Below, in pieces: positions 28,478 to 38,557 of a DNA stretch of 64,000 nt; the stretch's first letter is position 1, and the number at the start of each line of letters is the position of its first letter. Origin of the DNA: Candidatus Daviesbacteria bacterium RIFCSPHIGHO2_12_FULL_37_16 (GTDB lineage: Bacteria > Patescibacteriota > Microgenomatia > Daviesbacterales > UBA10151); assembly GCA_001776785.1 (NCBI GenBank), contig MFDF01000008.1, forward strand, positions 103,097 to 167,096, in the 5' to 3' direction. The translations under genes were made by a program, and so were the position numbers. Under the pieces are notes generated by a model. That model had not been told where the DNA came from and did not search any database. It saw only the letters and a list, made by a program, of their open reading frames with translations.

Positions 28478-28630
28478 TTAGGGGACTTTTTGCGCCTTGT
28501 GCAAAAAGGCACCGGTATGAGTTAAATTTATTTGATCAACTAGAAAGTTGAATTCTTTCTTTTCCAAATAAACCACATCTTCTTGCCAAACTAATAGATC
28601 AGTAAATGTTTGTATTTTTCCATCTTTCAT
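28478..28630 (-). pseudogene. Internally deleted four-helix-bundle (23S IVP-like) gene remnant
   Basis: MKDGKIQTFTDLLVWQE (typical N-terminus) joined directly to YLEKKEFNFL (C-terminal part); heptamer repeats upstream. Confidence 0.6.
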
Positions 28631-28773
28631 ATTCTTTAATCATAAATCTTTAATCTTAAATCCACTATATGAATTATCAACCTTTTATGAACTATCCATC
28701 TTGTCGCACAATATTAAGTTTATTTCCGAGCTCCTCGTTGACTATTTACTAATAATATCTGAAGATATATTTA

Positions 28774-31700
28774 ATGGACTCAGTTCGGGAACTTCTGCAC
28801 AATAAAAAAACCCTCATTACCCTGCTCCTAGTTGGAATCCTGATTTTGGCAATACCTCTGGGGATAAGTCTTGTAAAATACCAGCAAAGGTTGTCCTCCC
28901 AGGCAGCAGTACCTGGTATAGAAGTGACCGAGGGAGATTGTGTTAAGTTAAAAAATGGAGTTAAAGTCTTAACCTGCGGCTTTGTTCCATTAAAGCTTAA
29001 TTTCCCGGCCACCCCAACCCCAACTCCTTCCCCAACCCCTACCCCAACGAGTTCCCCTACTCCCACCAGTTCAATTACGCCATCTCCTACTGGTACAACA
29101 GCATCCGTAAACCTGACCATAAATAACCAGGATGGTCCTATACATGTTGATAGTGGTGCTACTTTGGTTCTGAAGTGGGTAACTAATCAAGTCAGAGCTT
29201 GCTCAGCCTCTGAAGCATGGTCTGGAAGTAAAAATGATGATGGTGCATCAGAGACAATATCAAATATTCTTAGCCCTAAAACATTTGTACTGACATGCGA
29301 ACAAAGGGGTAATCCTGATAACAAAATTTCTGACTCCATAACTGTTGTAGTAGGTAATGGGAATTCGAACCTTAGACAAACTGATCCTGCTAAATTTGAA
29401 GCCGATTTAAAAACCATTAGAGATCTAGGAGGGGGTGTTTTGTACATTCCAGCTGGTAGTTATACTTTGCCTAAAGGCTTTACCATATACTCAAATACAA
29501 CCCTTATGGGAGATGGTAAAGGACAGACCAAATTAAAGTTGCCTTCTGGAGTTGATTCAAAAGTAATCTCTTCCTCTGGTGAGGGGAATAACTCAAATAT
29601 AGTGATTAGGGACTTATCAATTGAAGGTCCAGGTGTAAGTGGTCCCAAAGATGACTGTTGCTATGGAATTAGACTTAGAAATATTAAAAACTCTTATTTA
29701 ATTAATGTTGAGGTGTCCGGTTTTAGTCAAGATGGAATTTATTTAGGTCAAGTTAGTAACAAAGGAGTAGATAGTACAAGAATTACAGGGTGTAGTGTTT
29801 TTGGAAATGGTCGTAACGGTATATCAATAGTTCATGGTCAAGGAAATGTTATAGATGGTTGCAGTATAAATGAAAATGGGTCGAGAGAAGCAGTCTCGGC
29901 TATAGACTTAGAACCCGATGGGGGGTTAAATGTTTCCAATAATGTCATAATGAATAATTCGATTGGAGGAAATGCAGGTAATGGTATTGGTCTAGGCGAT
30001 AATCCAAATGATCCAGGAGGGATTGTGTCAAACAATGGGGTTTGTGGAAATACCTTTTCTGGTAACGGTTTTGCAGAGATTGCTCAGAGTAACGATCAAG
30101 GTACATATACTTCTGGTTGTTCAATTCCTTCTGGTCTGTCAAATCTCCCTGCAGCTCCCTCAAGGCCCTCTGCCAATTCTGGCAGTAGTTTATTTGCAAA
30201 ACTTAAAAACCTTATTCCCACTGTATATGCCCATAATATCCCCCCTCAAATAAGTGGTGTTGACTGTTCCAAACCAAGTGTCTTTGTATCATGGGTAATT
30301 GACCCAAATGACAATCACGATATGGATATATTCCGCGATGGGGTCAAAGTAGGTGAAGCAAATGGATTTTTTGAGGACACTACTGTTACCAGAGGTAGAT
30401 TTTATGCATATTCTATTGGTCATGGAGCAAGTGGAACTAATACCAGTGTATGGGCTGATGTAACCTGTGCCACTACCCCACCACCAACCCAACCTCCCAC
30501 AACACCCCCAACTGCCTCACCTACCCAACCTCCCACCCCACCACCTACCTCTCCTCCAACCTCGCCTCCAACTACACCTCCTGGAGGTCCACAGTGCTCT
30601 GATGATATAAACAATGACTTTGATGGCCTGATTGACATAGAAGACCCACAGTGCCATACGGATGGTGATGCAGATAACCCGGAAACCTATGATCCAACTA
30701 TTAAGTTTGAATCCAGACAGTACAGGCTGGCTGAATCAGAATCTGAACTTCAATTCACCCTTTGGAGTGACTACAGAGAAGATCCCCTTCTTACAGAATT
30801 TGGTCTAACAGATGATTCACCAGGGATCAAGCAAATTTGGGTTGAGTTTAAAGAAACTGATGGTAAAACTACAAAAGACAAAGTTACTATTGAACTTGTG
30901 GAACCGGATCCGGTTATTAAAAGCGCCAGGTGTGATTTTGATTCTATAAACAAACAAAACCTCAAGGTTACCATAAAAGGAGAAAGATTCGGAACAAAAG
31001 AAAGCTCTGTTTTTATGGGTTTAGATCTGTCTGAGGAAGATCTTGACCCAAAGAAAAAACCCTTCTCAGGTGCAGAAGTTTTGGAATGGAATGATAAAGA
31101 AATTACACTTCTTATAAGAAGCTTTAAGACATTTTTATTAGAAAGTGTAAGGCTTAAGATGTCTGTTTTTCGCTCAGACCAATCATTCTCAAACATTGCC
31201 TCCTGTGACATTGGTGCATCAATGATTTCACTGGGAGCCCGGGTTTTCTGCAGGGAGCCTGGAAAATTTGACACAGAAAATGTTAAAGTAACTGTCTTTG
31301 ATAAAGACTCAAAGACTGGCAAAATAAACAAGGCTGAAGAAACTGTAAAGATTGACAAAGATGGAGTTATTACTGGATTAAAAACCATTCTGCAGACTGG
31401 CAAAAATTATGCATTATCGATCAAAGCTCCAAACTCGCTCAGAAGGAATGCCACCTTTGTGGCTGAAGAAGGAACAACTATTGTCACAAGACCAAATGAT
31501 CAGGACTTTATCCTGCCCATTGGAGATATTGCCCCAACCCAAAGCCCTGATGGAAAAATTAACACAGTTGATAAAGCAGAATTAACAAGACAGTGGAGAA
31601 TTTTTGGGGAAAATATAAAAGCTCAGACTGGTGACTTTAACAGGGACACCAAAGTTAACTCCTTTGACTGGGCCTGCATGAGGTATGACTTTAATGCAGA

Positions 31701-32292
31701 AGATGACCCCATACCTACAGATATAGAGCAAATTGCACCAATTTCCCAAAACAATTCTTCCGACGCATCAACTCCTGTTAAGCTGGCTAGTACAGGCGGA
31801 GGATCCTCCTCTATTCAACAAACTCCTGTACCTTTATCAGAAGCTTATTTTTCTTTTATCCCTTTTAAAAGCACAGTAAAAAAAAATTGTGATCACGCTG
31901 TAAATATTTATTTAGATACAGGAGGGAAATTTATTGATGGCGTTGATGTAATTATAAAATTTAATCCAAATGTAATAGCAGATACTACCTTTTTTGACGG
32001 CGTGCTTCCATTTGATAAGTATGAGGTAAATGATGATAATACTAGAGACTTTATAACTATTTCAGCCCCTACTCCAACAAATAAACCATTTAGAGGATCT
32101 GGAATATTTGGCCGAATTGTCTTTAAGGTAAAGCCAAACCCTCCTGTCTCTACTTTAGATTTAAGTTTTGATTTTGATCCCAATGATAAAGGCAAAACTA
32201 CTGATTCAAATATTGTTGAAGATAAGACTCTCAAAGATATCCTTAGCTATGTAGTCAATGGAAATTACCAGATTACATCAGGATCCTGCTAA
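28774..32292 (+). CDS. Large surface protein: TM anchor, right-handed beta-helix (pectin-lyase-like), P/T linkers, Ca-binding repeat, Ig/IPT, dockerin-like and C-terminal cohesin-like domains
   Basis: GGGVLYIPAGSY..N.TL.G.G..T.L; repeated GN..NGI; GDIAP..DGKINTVD...GDFNRDTKVNSFD; VNIYLDTGG..IDGVDV.IKF.P. Confidence 0.7.
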   Translation: MDSVRELLHNKKTLITLLLVGILILAIPLGISLVKYQQRLSSQAAVPGIEVTEGDCVKLKNGVKVLTCGFVPLKLNFPATPTPTPSPTPTPTSSPTPTSSITPSPTGTTASVNLTINNQDGPIHVDSGATLVLKWVTNQVRACSASEAWSGSKNDDGASETISNILSPKTFVLTCEQRGNPDNKISDSITVVVGNGNSNLRQTDPAKFEADLKTIRDLGGGVLYIPAGSYTLPKGFTIYSNTTLMGDGKGQTKLKLPSGVDSKVISSSGEGNNSNIVIRDLSIEGPGVSGPKDDCCYGIRLRNIKNSYLINVEVSGFSQDGIYLGQVSNKGVDSTRITGCSVFGNGRNGISIVHGQGNVIDGCSINENGSREAVSAIDLEPDGGLNVSNNVIMNNSIGGNAGNGIGLGDNPNDPGGIVSNNGVCGNTFSGNGFAEIAQSNDQGTYTSGCSIPSGLSNLPAAPSRPSANSGSSLFAKLKNLIPTVYAHNIPPQISGVDCSKPSVFVSWVIDPNDNHDMDIFRDGVKVGEANGFFEDTTVTRGRFYAYSIGHGASGTNTSVWADVTCATTPPPTQPPTTPPTASPTQPPTPPPTSPPTSPPTTPPGGPQCSDDINNDFDGLIDIEDPQCHTDGDADNPETYDPTIKFESRQYRLAESESELQFTLWSDYREDPLLTEFGLTDDSPGIKQIWVEFKETDGKTTKDKVTIELVEPDPVIKSARCDFDSINKQNLKVTIKGERFGTKESSVFMGLDLSEEDLDPKKKPFSGAEVLEWNDKEITLLIRSFKTFLLESVRLKMSVFRSDQSFSNIASCDIGASMISLGARVFCREPGKFDTENVKVTVFDKDSKTGKINKAEETVKIDKDGVITGLKTILQTGKNYALSIKAPNSLRRNATFVAEEGTTIVTRPNDQDFILPIGDIAPTQSPDGKINTVDKAELTRQWRIFGENIKAQTGDFNRDTKVNSFDWACMRYDFNAEDDPIPTDIEQIAPISQNNSSDASTPVKLASTGGGSSSIQQTPVPLSEAYFSFIPFKSTVKKNCDHAVNIYLDTGGKFIDGVDVIIKFNPNVIADTTFFDGVLPFDKYEVNDDNTRDFITISAPTPTNKPFRGSGIFGRIVFKVKPNPPVSTLDLSFDFDPNDKGKTTDSNIVEDKTLKDILSYVVNGNYQITSGSC

Positions 32293-32377
32293 AATCCATC
32301 ATCCTAAACGTTTGTATTTTTTCTATAGCTGACTGGTTGACTTTAGTAAAATCTTCCTTCACTATTATATTAAGACA

Positions 32378-35300
32378 TTGCAGGAATACTTAGAAATTTT
32401 TAAAGGTAAAAAAGTTATAACCAGTTTAGTGGTTCTCCTTTTTTTGGTCATAAGTATCCCACTAGCTTTAAATCTTTTTAATTCAAGGCTTAAACTGTTT
32501 TCCAGGGCAGCTTTAGGAGACCCAATTGAACTTTTAGCAGGAAGGTGTGTTGTTTCTGTTGAAGGTAAAAAGATTAACTGCGAAGAGATACCTTTGAAAT
32601 TACTCTCCCCTCTTGGACCTCCCATTCAAAAACCTCCAGCACCTCAAAACCTGGTTGTAGAATCCTCAAGCTGTGAGATCAACTCTCCAGTCATTAAACT
32701 AAAGTGGGACCATGTTAGTGGAGTTTCGGGCTACAGTGTGATTAGGCGGTGGGGAGATAATGACGGGATTGAAGTCTTTGATTTGGACCCTAATTCCAAT
32801 ACCTTTAATGATTCCCCGGCGTCTGACGGTATTGTCTCAGGTACTGAGGTAAAATATCAGGTTTTAGCAGGCAGTGATATTCAGTCAGACCCATCAAATG
32901 AGGTGACTACCCAAGTCGCACTCTGTGGGGTCCCATCCCCACCCCCCACCGCCTGCAATCCCAGGCCAAATGTTATCAGAAACCTCCAGCTTCTCTCAGC
33001 TGACAGGTACAAAGTTACTGCAACAGTGGGAACAAATACCAGTACCCCTACAAATAGTTTTACCAAAGTTAAATTTAACAGCTTAAGTAATGGAAAAATA
33101 GAAATTGGTGGTACTCCTGGTAGGGCTGCTCCATTTGAATATGGACTCAATGGAGCCCAATCTTATTCATTTGAAGTAAAACTGGATAGGCCCTGCCAGG
33201 AATCAACAACGATTTTTGAACATTTTGATGCCTGTGGAAGCTTTCCTGATTTTCAGGGATCTGGAGCTGGCCCTACTGGTTTTGGCCAATTCCCTCAGTG
33301 TCAAACAAGTACACCTGCCCCAACCCCAACAGCAGTCCCTTTACCAACTCCCCTTCCAGGTGTGACATCCTCAACAGTAACCTCAACTGGAGACTTCAGG
33401 CTTATAGGTTCTGGACAATGCACTGGAGGCTCTCCAACTATAGATCTTGTTTGGGATAGGACAGACGGGGGGCCATATACAATAGAAAAAACTCCTGTCC
33501 CAATCCCGGGCCAGCTTGCAGGTCAGCTAACATTGAGGCCAATATTATCAACCTTTGGAAATTATATTGCACTAAACACGACCTACAGTATCTATATTCA
33601 GTCAGTAAATGGTCCTAAATCAGACACTATCTCTATTGCCTCTCCAGCAACCTGTTCTGGAGCATCACTAATTTTTAAAAATAACTTTTCTTTAACAAGC
33701 ATTTTAAATATTCTTAAACCATTTATTGAAAACACCAAAAATATATTTGGTTCACCTGCGTATGCTATTGATCCAGGTGATACAGGTCCTGGTGACCTGC
33801 AGTTAGGTGTTAGCGGCCGCTGTGACTCATCTTTCAGACCGTACGTAAGTGTTGACTGGAATACTAATGGATATTATTACCATATTTTAAGAAACGGCTC
33901 TGAAATAGCCTGGACACCTGCTGCGATGAGTGATTATGGTGTGCAGTCTGGACAAACTTATACTTACCAACTGATTAAAACAGGAATTGATGAACCTGCT
34001 TCCCCAACACAATCTACATCAGTTCCAACCTGTGTAGCTCCAACTCAGGTTCCAACTCAAGCTCCAACACAAGCTCCAACTCAGGCACCAACTCAAGCTC
34101 CAACTCAGGTTCCAACTCAGCTACCCACTCAGGCTCCTACAACTGTTCCTACTTCAACACCAACTGCATATTACCTCTATCCCCCAACTACTCAGACTGT
34201 TGCTACTTCAAACTGCACTGATATAAGAACAACTAAGGTTTCCTGGGATAGTGTGACTGATTCAGGAGGAAATCATAATTACACTAAAACTTTCACTAAA
34301 GCTGCGCTTGACCAAACCTATCCTCAATGGATAATAGGTGCAGGTCTTGATGGAAATAAGGACTTTCCTGCAACAGTTACTATTGCAGGTCAGTCATACA
34401 CTATTCAGCCTGGTGTCTGGAGTTCACATGATGATACCTATCTTGAGTTTTATTACACAGGTGCATTTAGAAAAATACATGGGATAACTGCAGATAATTT
34501 TACTGTTGCAGGATCAGGAACAATTGCAGTGCCAGCAACAATTACTGTGACTGGAAGCAGTCTAAGTTCATATAACAGTACCCCTGTTCCTCCCAATACA
34601 GGTGTAGATATTAAATATTGTGCTGCAGCTGCTCCTACTCCACAGTGCTCCGATTCGTTGGATAATGATTCAGATGGCAAAATTGACTCTGCCGATCCAG
34701 GTTGTCACACAGATGGTAATCCAAATAATCAAGGTTCATATGATCCAAATGACAATGATGAAAGCAATATTACTGAATGTAATGACACAATAGATAATGA
34801 TGGGGATGGTAAAATAGATTCTGCTGACCCACAGTGCCATACAGATGGTAATGCTGACAATCCATCCTCATACGACCCCAATATCCCTTCTGAAGGCGAA
34901 CCACCCCCAGGCAACTTTACAGTCAAATACAGGCTTGCAGAAACAGAAGAAGGTCTAAGCAGTGCAGAATTCAAGCCATATACTCAGGAGCCTATAATAA
35001 CATCCTTTATACTGCAAAACATAGGTCCTGGGCCAAAGCAGGTTTGGGTAGAATTCGTGGACTCAAATGGAGGTTCAAGAGTTGAGAATATAAACCTTAC
35101 CTGGGTTGAACCTGACCCCACAACTGATGCTGTTTCATGCACATTTGATATTTCCAAAGAAAATGTCAAAGTAGTGATTAAAGGAACCGGATTTACAGCA
35201 ACGCCAGGCAGGATCAGTGTTGATGGTAAAGATGCAGAAATTCTGGAATGGAAAACTGATTTGATAACTGCCTTAGTGAGAAAACCAAGCCTGCCAGCCG

Positions 35301-35917
35301 GTGGATCTAAAAGGTTTGCAATTCAGGTTCTCAGGGCAGACGGCAAGGTTATTACTACTGCCCCCTGTGAAATTGATAGGTCATTAATCTATCTTGGCGC
35401 CCGGGTCTTCTGTAGGGAGGAAGGTAAATTTGATGTAGAAAAAGTCCAAATAAGAGTCGTTGATGATGTAAAAAACAAAGTTGATGAAACTGTCTCAATT
35501 GACAAAGATGGTGTAGTCAAAGGGCTTAAAACTTCAATCCAGGCAGGCAGAAGGTATGGCCTCTCTATAAAAGCTCCAAAATCTGTCAGAAGAAATGTTT
35601 TCTTCACTGCTCAGGAAGGCACAACTATAGTTTCCAATCCAGACGGCAGCCAATTTATCCTTCCGGTTGGTGATATTGCCCCTGCAATTCAGGCTGATGG
35701 TAAGATAAACACACTTGATAGGGCTGAACTAACCAGGCAATGGAGAATCTTTGGTACTCCAAAAGAGCCCCAATCTGGAGACTTAAAGATAGATACCAAA
35801 GTTAACTCTTTTGACTGGGCTTGTCAGAGGTATGACTTTAACGCTCAAGATGATCCTATTTTGAATGAAGTTGAGGCTACACAATCTGCAAGTATTATGA
35901 GTAATAACTTGCAATGA
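32378..35917 (+). CDS. Large surface protein, paralog of 28774-32292: FN3-like domains, PTQx repeats, two CSD..DND.DG.ID..DP.C repeats, dockerin-like C-terminus
   Basis: Shares YRLAE, KQ.WVEF, LGARVFCRE.GKFD, RRN..F.A.EGTT, GDIAP..DGKIN..D.AELTRQWR and KVNSFDWAC with the upstream gene. Confidence 0.7.
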   Translation: MQEYLEIFKGKKVITSLVVLLFLVISIPLALNLFNSRLKLFSRAALGDPIELLAGRCVVSVEGKKINCEEIPLKLLSPLGPPIQKPPAPQNLVVESSSCEINSPVIKLKWDHVSGVSGYSVIRRWGDNDGIEVFDLDPNSNTFNDSPASDGIVSGTEVKYQVLAGSDIQSDPSNEVTTQVALCGVPSPPPTACNPRPNVIRNLQLLSADRYKVTATVGTNTSTPTNSFTKVKFNSLSNGKIEIGGTPGRAAPFEYGLNGAQSYSFEVKLDRPCQESTTIFEHFDACGSFPDFQGSGAGPTGFGQFPQCQTSTPAPTPTAVPLPTPLPGVTSSTVTSTGDFRLIGSGQCTGGSPTIDLVWDRTDGGPYTIEKTPVPIPGQLAGQLTLRPILSTFGNYIALNTTYSIYIQSVNGPKSDTISIASPATCSGASLIFKNNFSLTSILNILKPFIENTKNIFGSPAYAIDPGDTGPGDLQLGVSGRCDSSFRPYVSVDWNTNGYYYHILRNGSEIAWTPAAMSDYGVQSGQTYTYQLIKTGIDEPASPTQSTSVPTCVAPTQVPTQAPTQAPTQAPTQAPTQVPTQLPTQAPTTVPTSTPTAYYLYPPTTQTVATSNCTDIRTTKVSWDSVTDSGGNHNYTKTFTKAALDQTYPQWIIGAGLDGNKDFPATVTIAGQSYTIQPGVWSSHDDTYLEFYYTGAFRKIHGITADNFTVAGSGTIAVPATITVTGSSLSSYNSTPVPPNTGVDIKYCAAAAPTPQCSDSLDNDSDGKIDSADPGCHTDGNPNNQGSYDPNDNDESNITECNDTIDNDGDGKIDSADPQCHTDGNADNPSSYDPNIPSEGEPPPGNFTVKYRLAETEEGLSSAEFKPYTQEPIITSFILQNIGPGPKQVWVEFVDSNGGSRVENINLTWVEPDPTTDAVSCTFDISKENVKVVIKGTGFTATPGRISVDGKDAEILEWKTDLITALVRKPSLPAGGSKRFAIQVLRADGKVITTAPCEIDRSLIYLGARVFCREEGKFDVEKVQIRVVDDVKNKVDETVSIDKDGVVKGLKTSIQAGRRYGLSIKAPKSVRRNVFFTAQEGTTIVSNPDGSQFILPVGDIAPAIQADGKINTLDRAELTRQWRIFGTPKEPQSGDLKIDTKVNSFDWACQRYDFNAQDDPILNEVEATQSASIMSNNLQ
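34040..34135 (+). repeat. Coding 12-bp tandem repeat (8 units, PTQx linker)
   Basis: CCAACTCAGGTT / CCAACTCAAGCT variants encoding PTQV/PTQA/PTQL. Confidence 0.9.
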
Positions 35918-35957
35918 ATAAGGAGAATAATTTAATCTAGAGAAAGTAGGGATAAAA

Positions 35958-36773
35958 ATGGAAGTATCTGCCAAACCATTAATATATGTAACTAAAGATT
36001 CTGAGATAAAACTTGAACCTAAAAGCCTGCTTAAACGCAGCTTCCTGAAGATTCTTTTCATAATTTTGGGTGTCATTATTATCGGTGAACTTATTTGGGG
36101 AGTCCGTTCAATAATCTCCTCGCAAAACGCACTTATTCCGTCTGTTTCTGAACTTTCTGAAGGGTCTATAATAGTTGATTCCCCAAAAGTTAATTATCAG
36201 GTTGGTGAAGCAGTCCCTATAACTATCAGGGTGGCCACAGGAGGAAAATTAACTGATGCTGCAGATCTAATCCTAAAATATGACCCCAGTGTTTTAAGCC
36301 TTGTAAGCTCTGATATAAAAATAGGCCAAATCTACAAAGATTACCCGGTTGCAGATAATGACCAGTCCTTTGGAGAAGTTAAAGTCTCAGGAATTACCCC
36401 TCCTGGTGAAACAGGTTTTGGTGGAATTGGTGAACTAGCCAGTCTTCAGTTTAAAGCCCTATCATCTGGCAAAACAGTAGTTTCTGTAGATTTTCAAAAA
36501 GATTCAACAATAGATTCAAATATTGTAGAAGCAAATACCACTCATGACATGCTGGGGGTAGTTTATAATAAAGAACTTTTTATTGGTTCTTCACAGTCAA
36601 CCGCGGTTGAAAAAGATAACAAAAACCAGTGCCAGGGCTACATTCAGCTTTGTCAGACATCTGAAAACCAAACAGGAAGGCAGTTCTGCCAACAGGGAAG
36701 GATACAAGGCAACCAGTGTAAATTTGATCCAAATCTGACAATCAGCTGTGATGAATGCAGGGTTTCACAATAA
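35958..36773 (+). CDS. Membrane-anchored cohesin-domain protein with Cys-rich C-terminus
   Basis: TM; VGE.V.I.I...TGG..DAADL.LKYDP..L...G.LA.L.FKA..G...V..DF....DSNIV; six C-terminal Cys. Confidence 0.7.
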   Translation: MEVSAKPLIYVTKDSEIKLEPKSLLKRSFLKILFIILGVIIIGELIWGVRSIISSQNALIPSVSELSEGSIIVDSPKVNYQVGEAVPITIRVATGGKLTDAADLILKYDPSVLSLVSSDIKIGQIYKDYPVADNDQSFGEVKVSGITPPGETGFGGIGELASLQFKALSSGKTVVSVDFQKDSTIDSNIVEANTTHDMLGVVYNKELFIGSSQSTAVEKDNKNQCQGYIQLCQTSENQTGRQFCQQGRIQGNQCKFDPNLTISCDECRVSQ

Positions 36774-36822
36774 ATTTTTAGCTGACCTTGACTTTAAACC
36801 TTATTGTGCACACAATAGATAT

Positions 36823-37548
36823 ATGGGTAGATTAAAATACATTTTAATGTCCTTCCTGGCCTTAGTAATATTCTCAAGCCCGGCATTGGCCCAGGCTGCA
36901 ACCCTTTCATTAAATCCTTCCGCAGGTACATTTAATAGGGGTTGTGTTTTAGGGGTCAATATTGAGCTTGATACTCAGGGCGGCCAAACTGATGGTACAG
37001 ATGTGATCCTAATTTTTGATCCCACAAAGCTTTCAGTTAAAACCTCTGATATTACAAATGGCAAAATTTATCAGGACTACCCTGGCAACTCTGTAGATGC
37101 CCAATCCGGCAAACTTTCTATATCGGGTATCTCCTCAGTTTCAGAACCCTTTACAGGCAAAGGCACTTTTGCCACAGTCCAATTTCATGTTTTGGAAAAT
37201 GCCCCAACTGGTGCAACTTTAATCAGGTTTGATTTTGATCCCAATGATAAAACCAAAACTACAGACACCAATGTAGTTGAAAGAGGCACAATAGCTGACC
37301 TGTTAAGTAGTGTAACTGATGGAAATTATACTGTTGGTACTGGTTCTTGTGTAAGCCAGGGTCAGGGCGCTGCTGGCACTACCATTGGGGGGCAGGGTCA
37401 GGTTGGTACAGTTTCTGCTACTCCCCTGCCTACTAAAGTTCCTTTAAAAGAGTTACCACAGGGAGGGATATTTGATAATACAATAATTATTGCAGCAATT
37501 GGTACAGTTTTAACTATTATTGGCATTGCAGGCCTGGCAATGCTGTAA
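36823..37548 (+). CDS. Secreted cohesin-domain protein with C-terminal LPxxG plus TM anchor
   Basis: Signal ..PALA; ATLSL.P, V.I.LDT.G..TDGTD..L.FDP, G.FA.V.F, FDFDP; LPQGG then hydrophobic tail; start moved to ATG 36823. Confidence 0.75.
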   Translation: MGRLKYILMSFLALVIFSSPALAQAATLSLNPSAGTFNRGCVLGVNIELDTQGGQTDGTDVILIFDPTKLSVKTSDITNGKIYQDYPGNSVDAQSGKLSISGISSVSEPFTGKGTFATVQFHVLENAPTGATLIRFDFDPNDKTKTTDTNVVERGTIADLLSSVTDGNYTVGTGSCVSQGQGAAGTTIGGQGQVGTVSATPLPTKVPLKELPQGGIFDNTIIIAAIGTVLTIIGIAGLAML

Positions 37549-37572
37549 TTTTCTCACATCACACTTCTCAAT

Positions 37573-38499
37573 ATGACAAAATCCATCCCCTCCCTAATTA
37601 CTGACTTCTTAGAATATTTGGAGCTTGAACGCAACTCATCCCAGCGCACTATTAGAAATTACGACCATTACTTAAAAAGGTTTGCTGACTTTGCAGGGGA
37701 AATTACCCCAAAAGATATAAATCTGGAAGTTATAAGAAAATACAGGCTTCATCTTGCTAGATATACAGACCCTAAAACTAAAGCTCCCTTAAAAAGAAAA
37801 ACCCAAAACTTTTTTATGATTGCCTTAAGGGCATTTCTAAGGTATCTTACCAGGTTAGATATTCAAACCCTTTCTGCAGAAAAAGTTGAGCTTGGTGAGC
37901 AAGACCCCTCCCCACTTAAAGTTTTAGATGAAGAAAGCCTGCAAAGGCTTTTAGATGCTCCTGACACCTCTTCAAAAGAAGGGATCAGGGATAAAACTAT
38001 TTTAGAAATGCTTTTCTCAACAGGTCTGAGAGTCTCAGAGCTTGCCTCACTAAACAGGGAGCAGGTTAACTTAGACAGAAAGGAGTTTGGGGTTGTGGGC
38101 AAGGGTGGTAAGGAAAGAGTTGTCTTTTTATCAGATACAGCCTGTCAGTGGATAGAAAGGTACTTAATGATAAGAAAGGACAGTTTTAAGCCTCTTTTTA
38201 TCCGCTACCAGGGGCGTGTTGCCCCGGAAGATAATGGTGAGTATATGAGGCTTTCAACCCGCTCAATAGAAAGGATAGTAGAAAAATATGTTAAAGCTTG
38301 TGGACTCTCAGTTAAAGCTACTCCCCACACCCTGCGTCATAACTTTGCAACTGATCTTTTAATAAACGGAGCGGATATAAGAAGTGTTCAGGAAATGCTT
38401 GGTCATTCGAATATTTCAACAACCCAAATCTACACCCATGTCACCAACAAGCACTTAAAAGATGTTCACAAAGCCTTTCATTCTAAAAATAAGGAATAA
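37573..38499 (+). CDS. xerC: XerC/XerD-type tyrosine recombinase
   Basis: FLEYL..ERN.S..T..NY, LRAFL.YL, RD..ILE.LFSTGLRVSEL, GKGGKER, HTLRHNFAT, LGH....TTQIYTH. Confidence 0.88.
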   Translation: MTKSIPSLITDFLEYLELERNSSQRTIRNYDHYLKRFADFAGEITPKDINLEVIRKYRLHLARYTDPKTKAPLKRKTQNFFMIALRAFLRYLTRLDIQTLSAEKVELGEQDPSPLKVLDEESLQRLLDAPDTSSKEGIRDKTILEMLFSTGLRVSELASLNREQVNLDRKEFGVVGKGGKERVVFLSDTACQWIERYLMIRKDSFKPLFIRYQGRVAPEDNGEYMRLSTRSIERIVEKYVKACGLSVKATPHTLRHNFATDLLINGADIRSVQEMLGHSNISTTQIYTHVTNKHLKDVHKAFHSKNKE

Positions 38500-38557
38500 A
38501 TTCCCACCTCGGGCGTGTGCTAGCTAGACACCCTGGGATATTTTCTAACAATCGTGC

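Noticed and set aside
28019-28525. ORFs 28019-28279 and 28325-28525
   Set aside because: No recognisable motifs, atypical composition, overlap the dif-like site and repeat tracts
34040-34135. CRISPR-like repeat array
   Set aside because: Spacerless 12-bp coding repeat for a Pro/Thr linker
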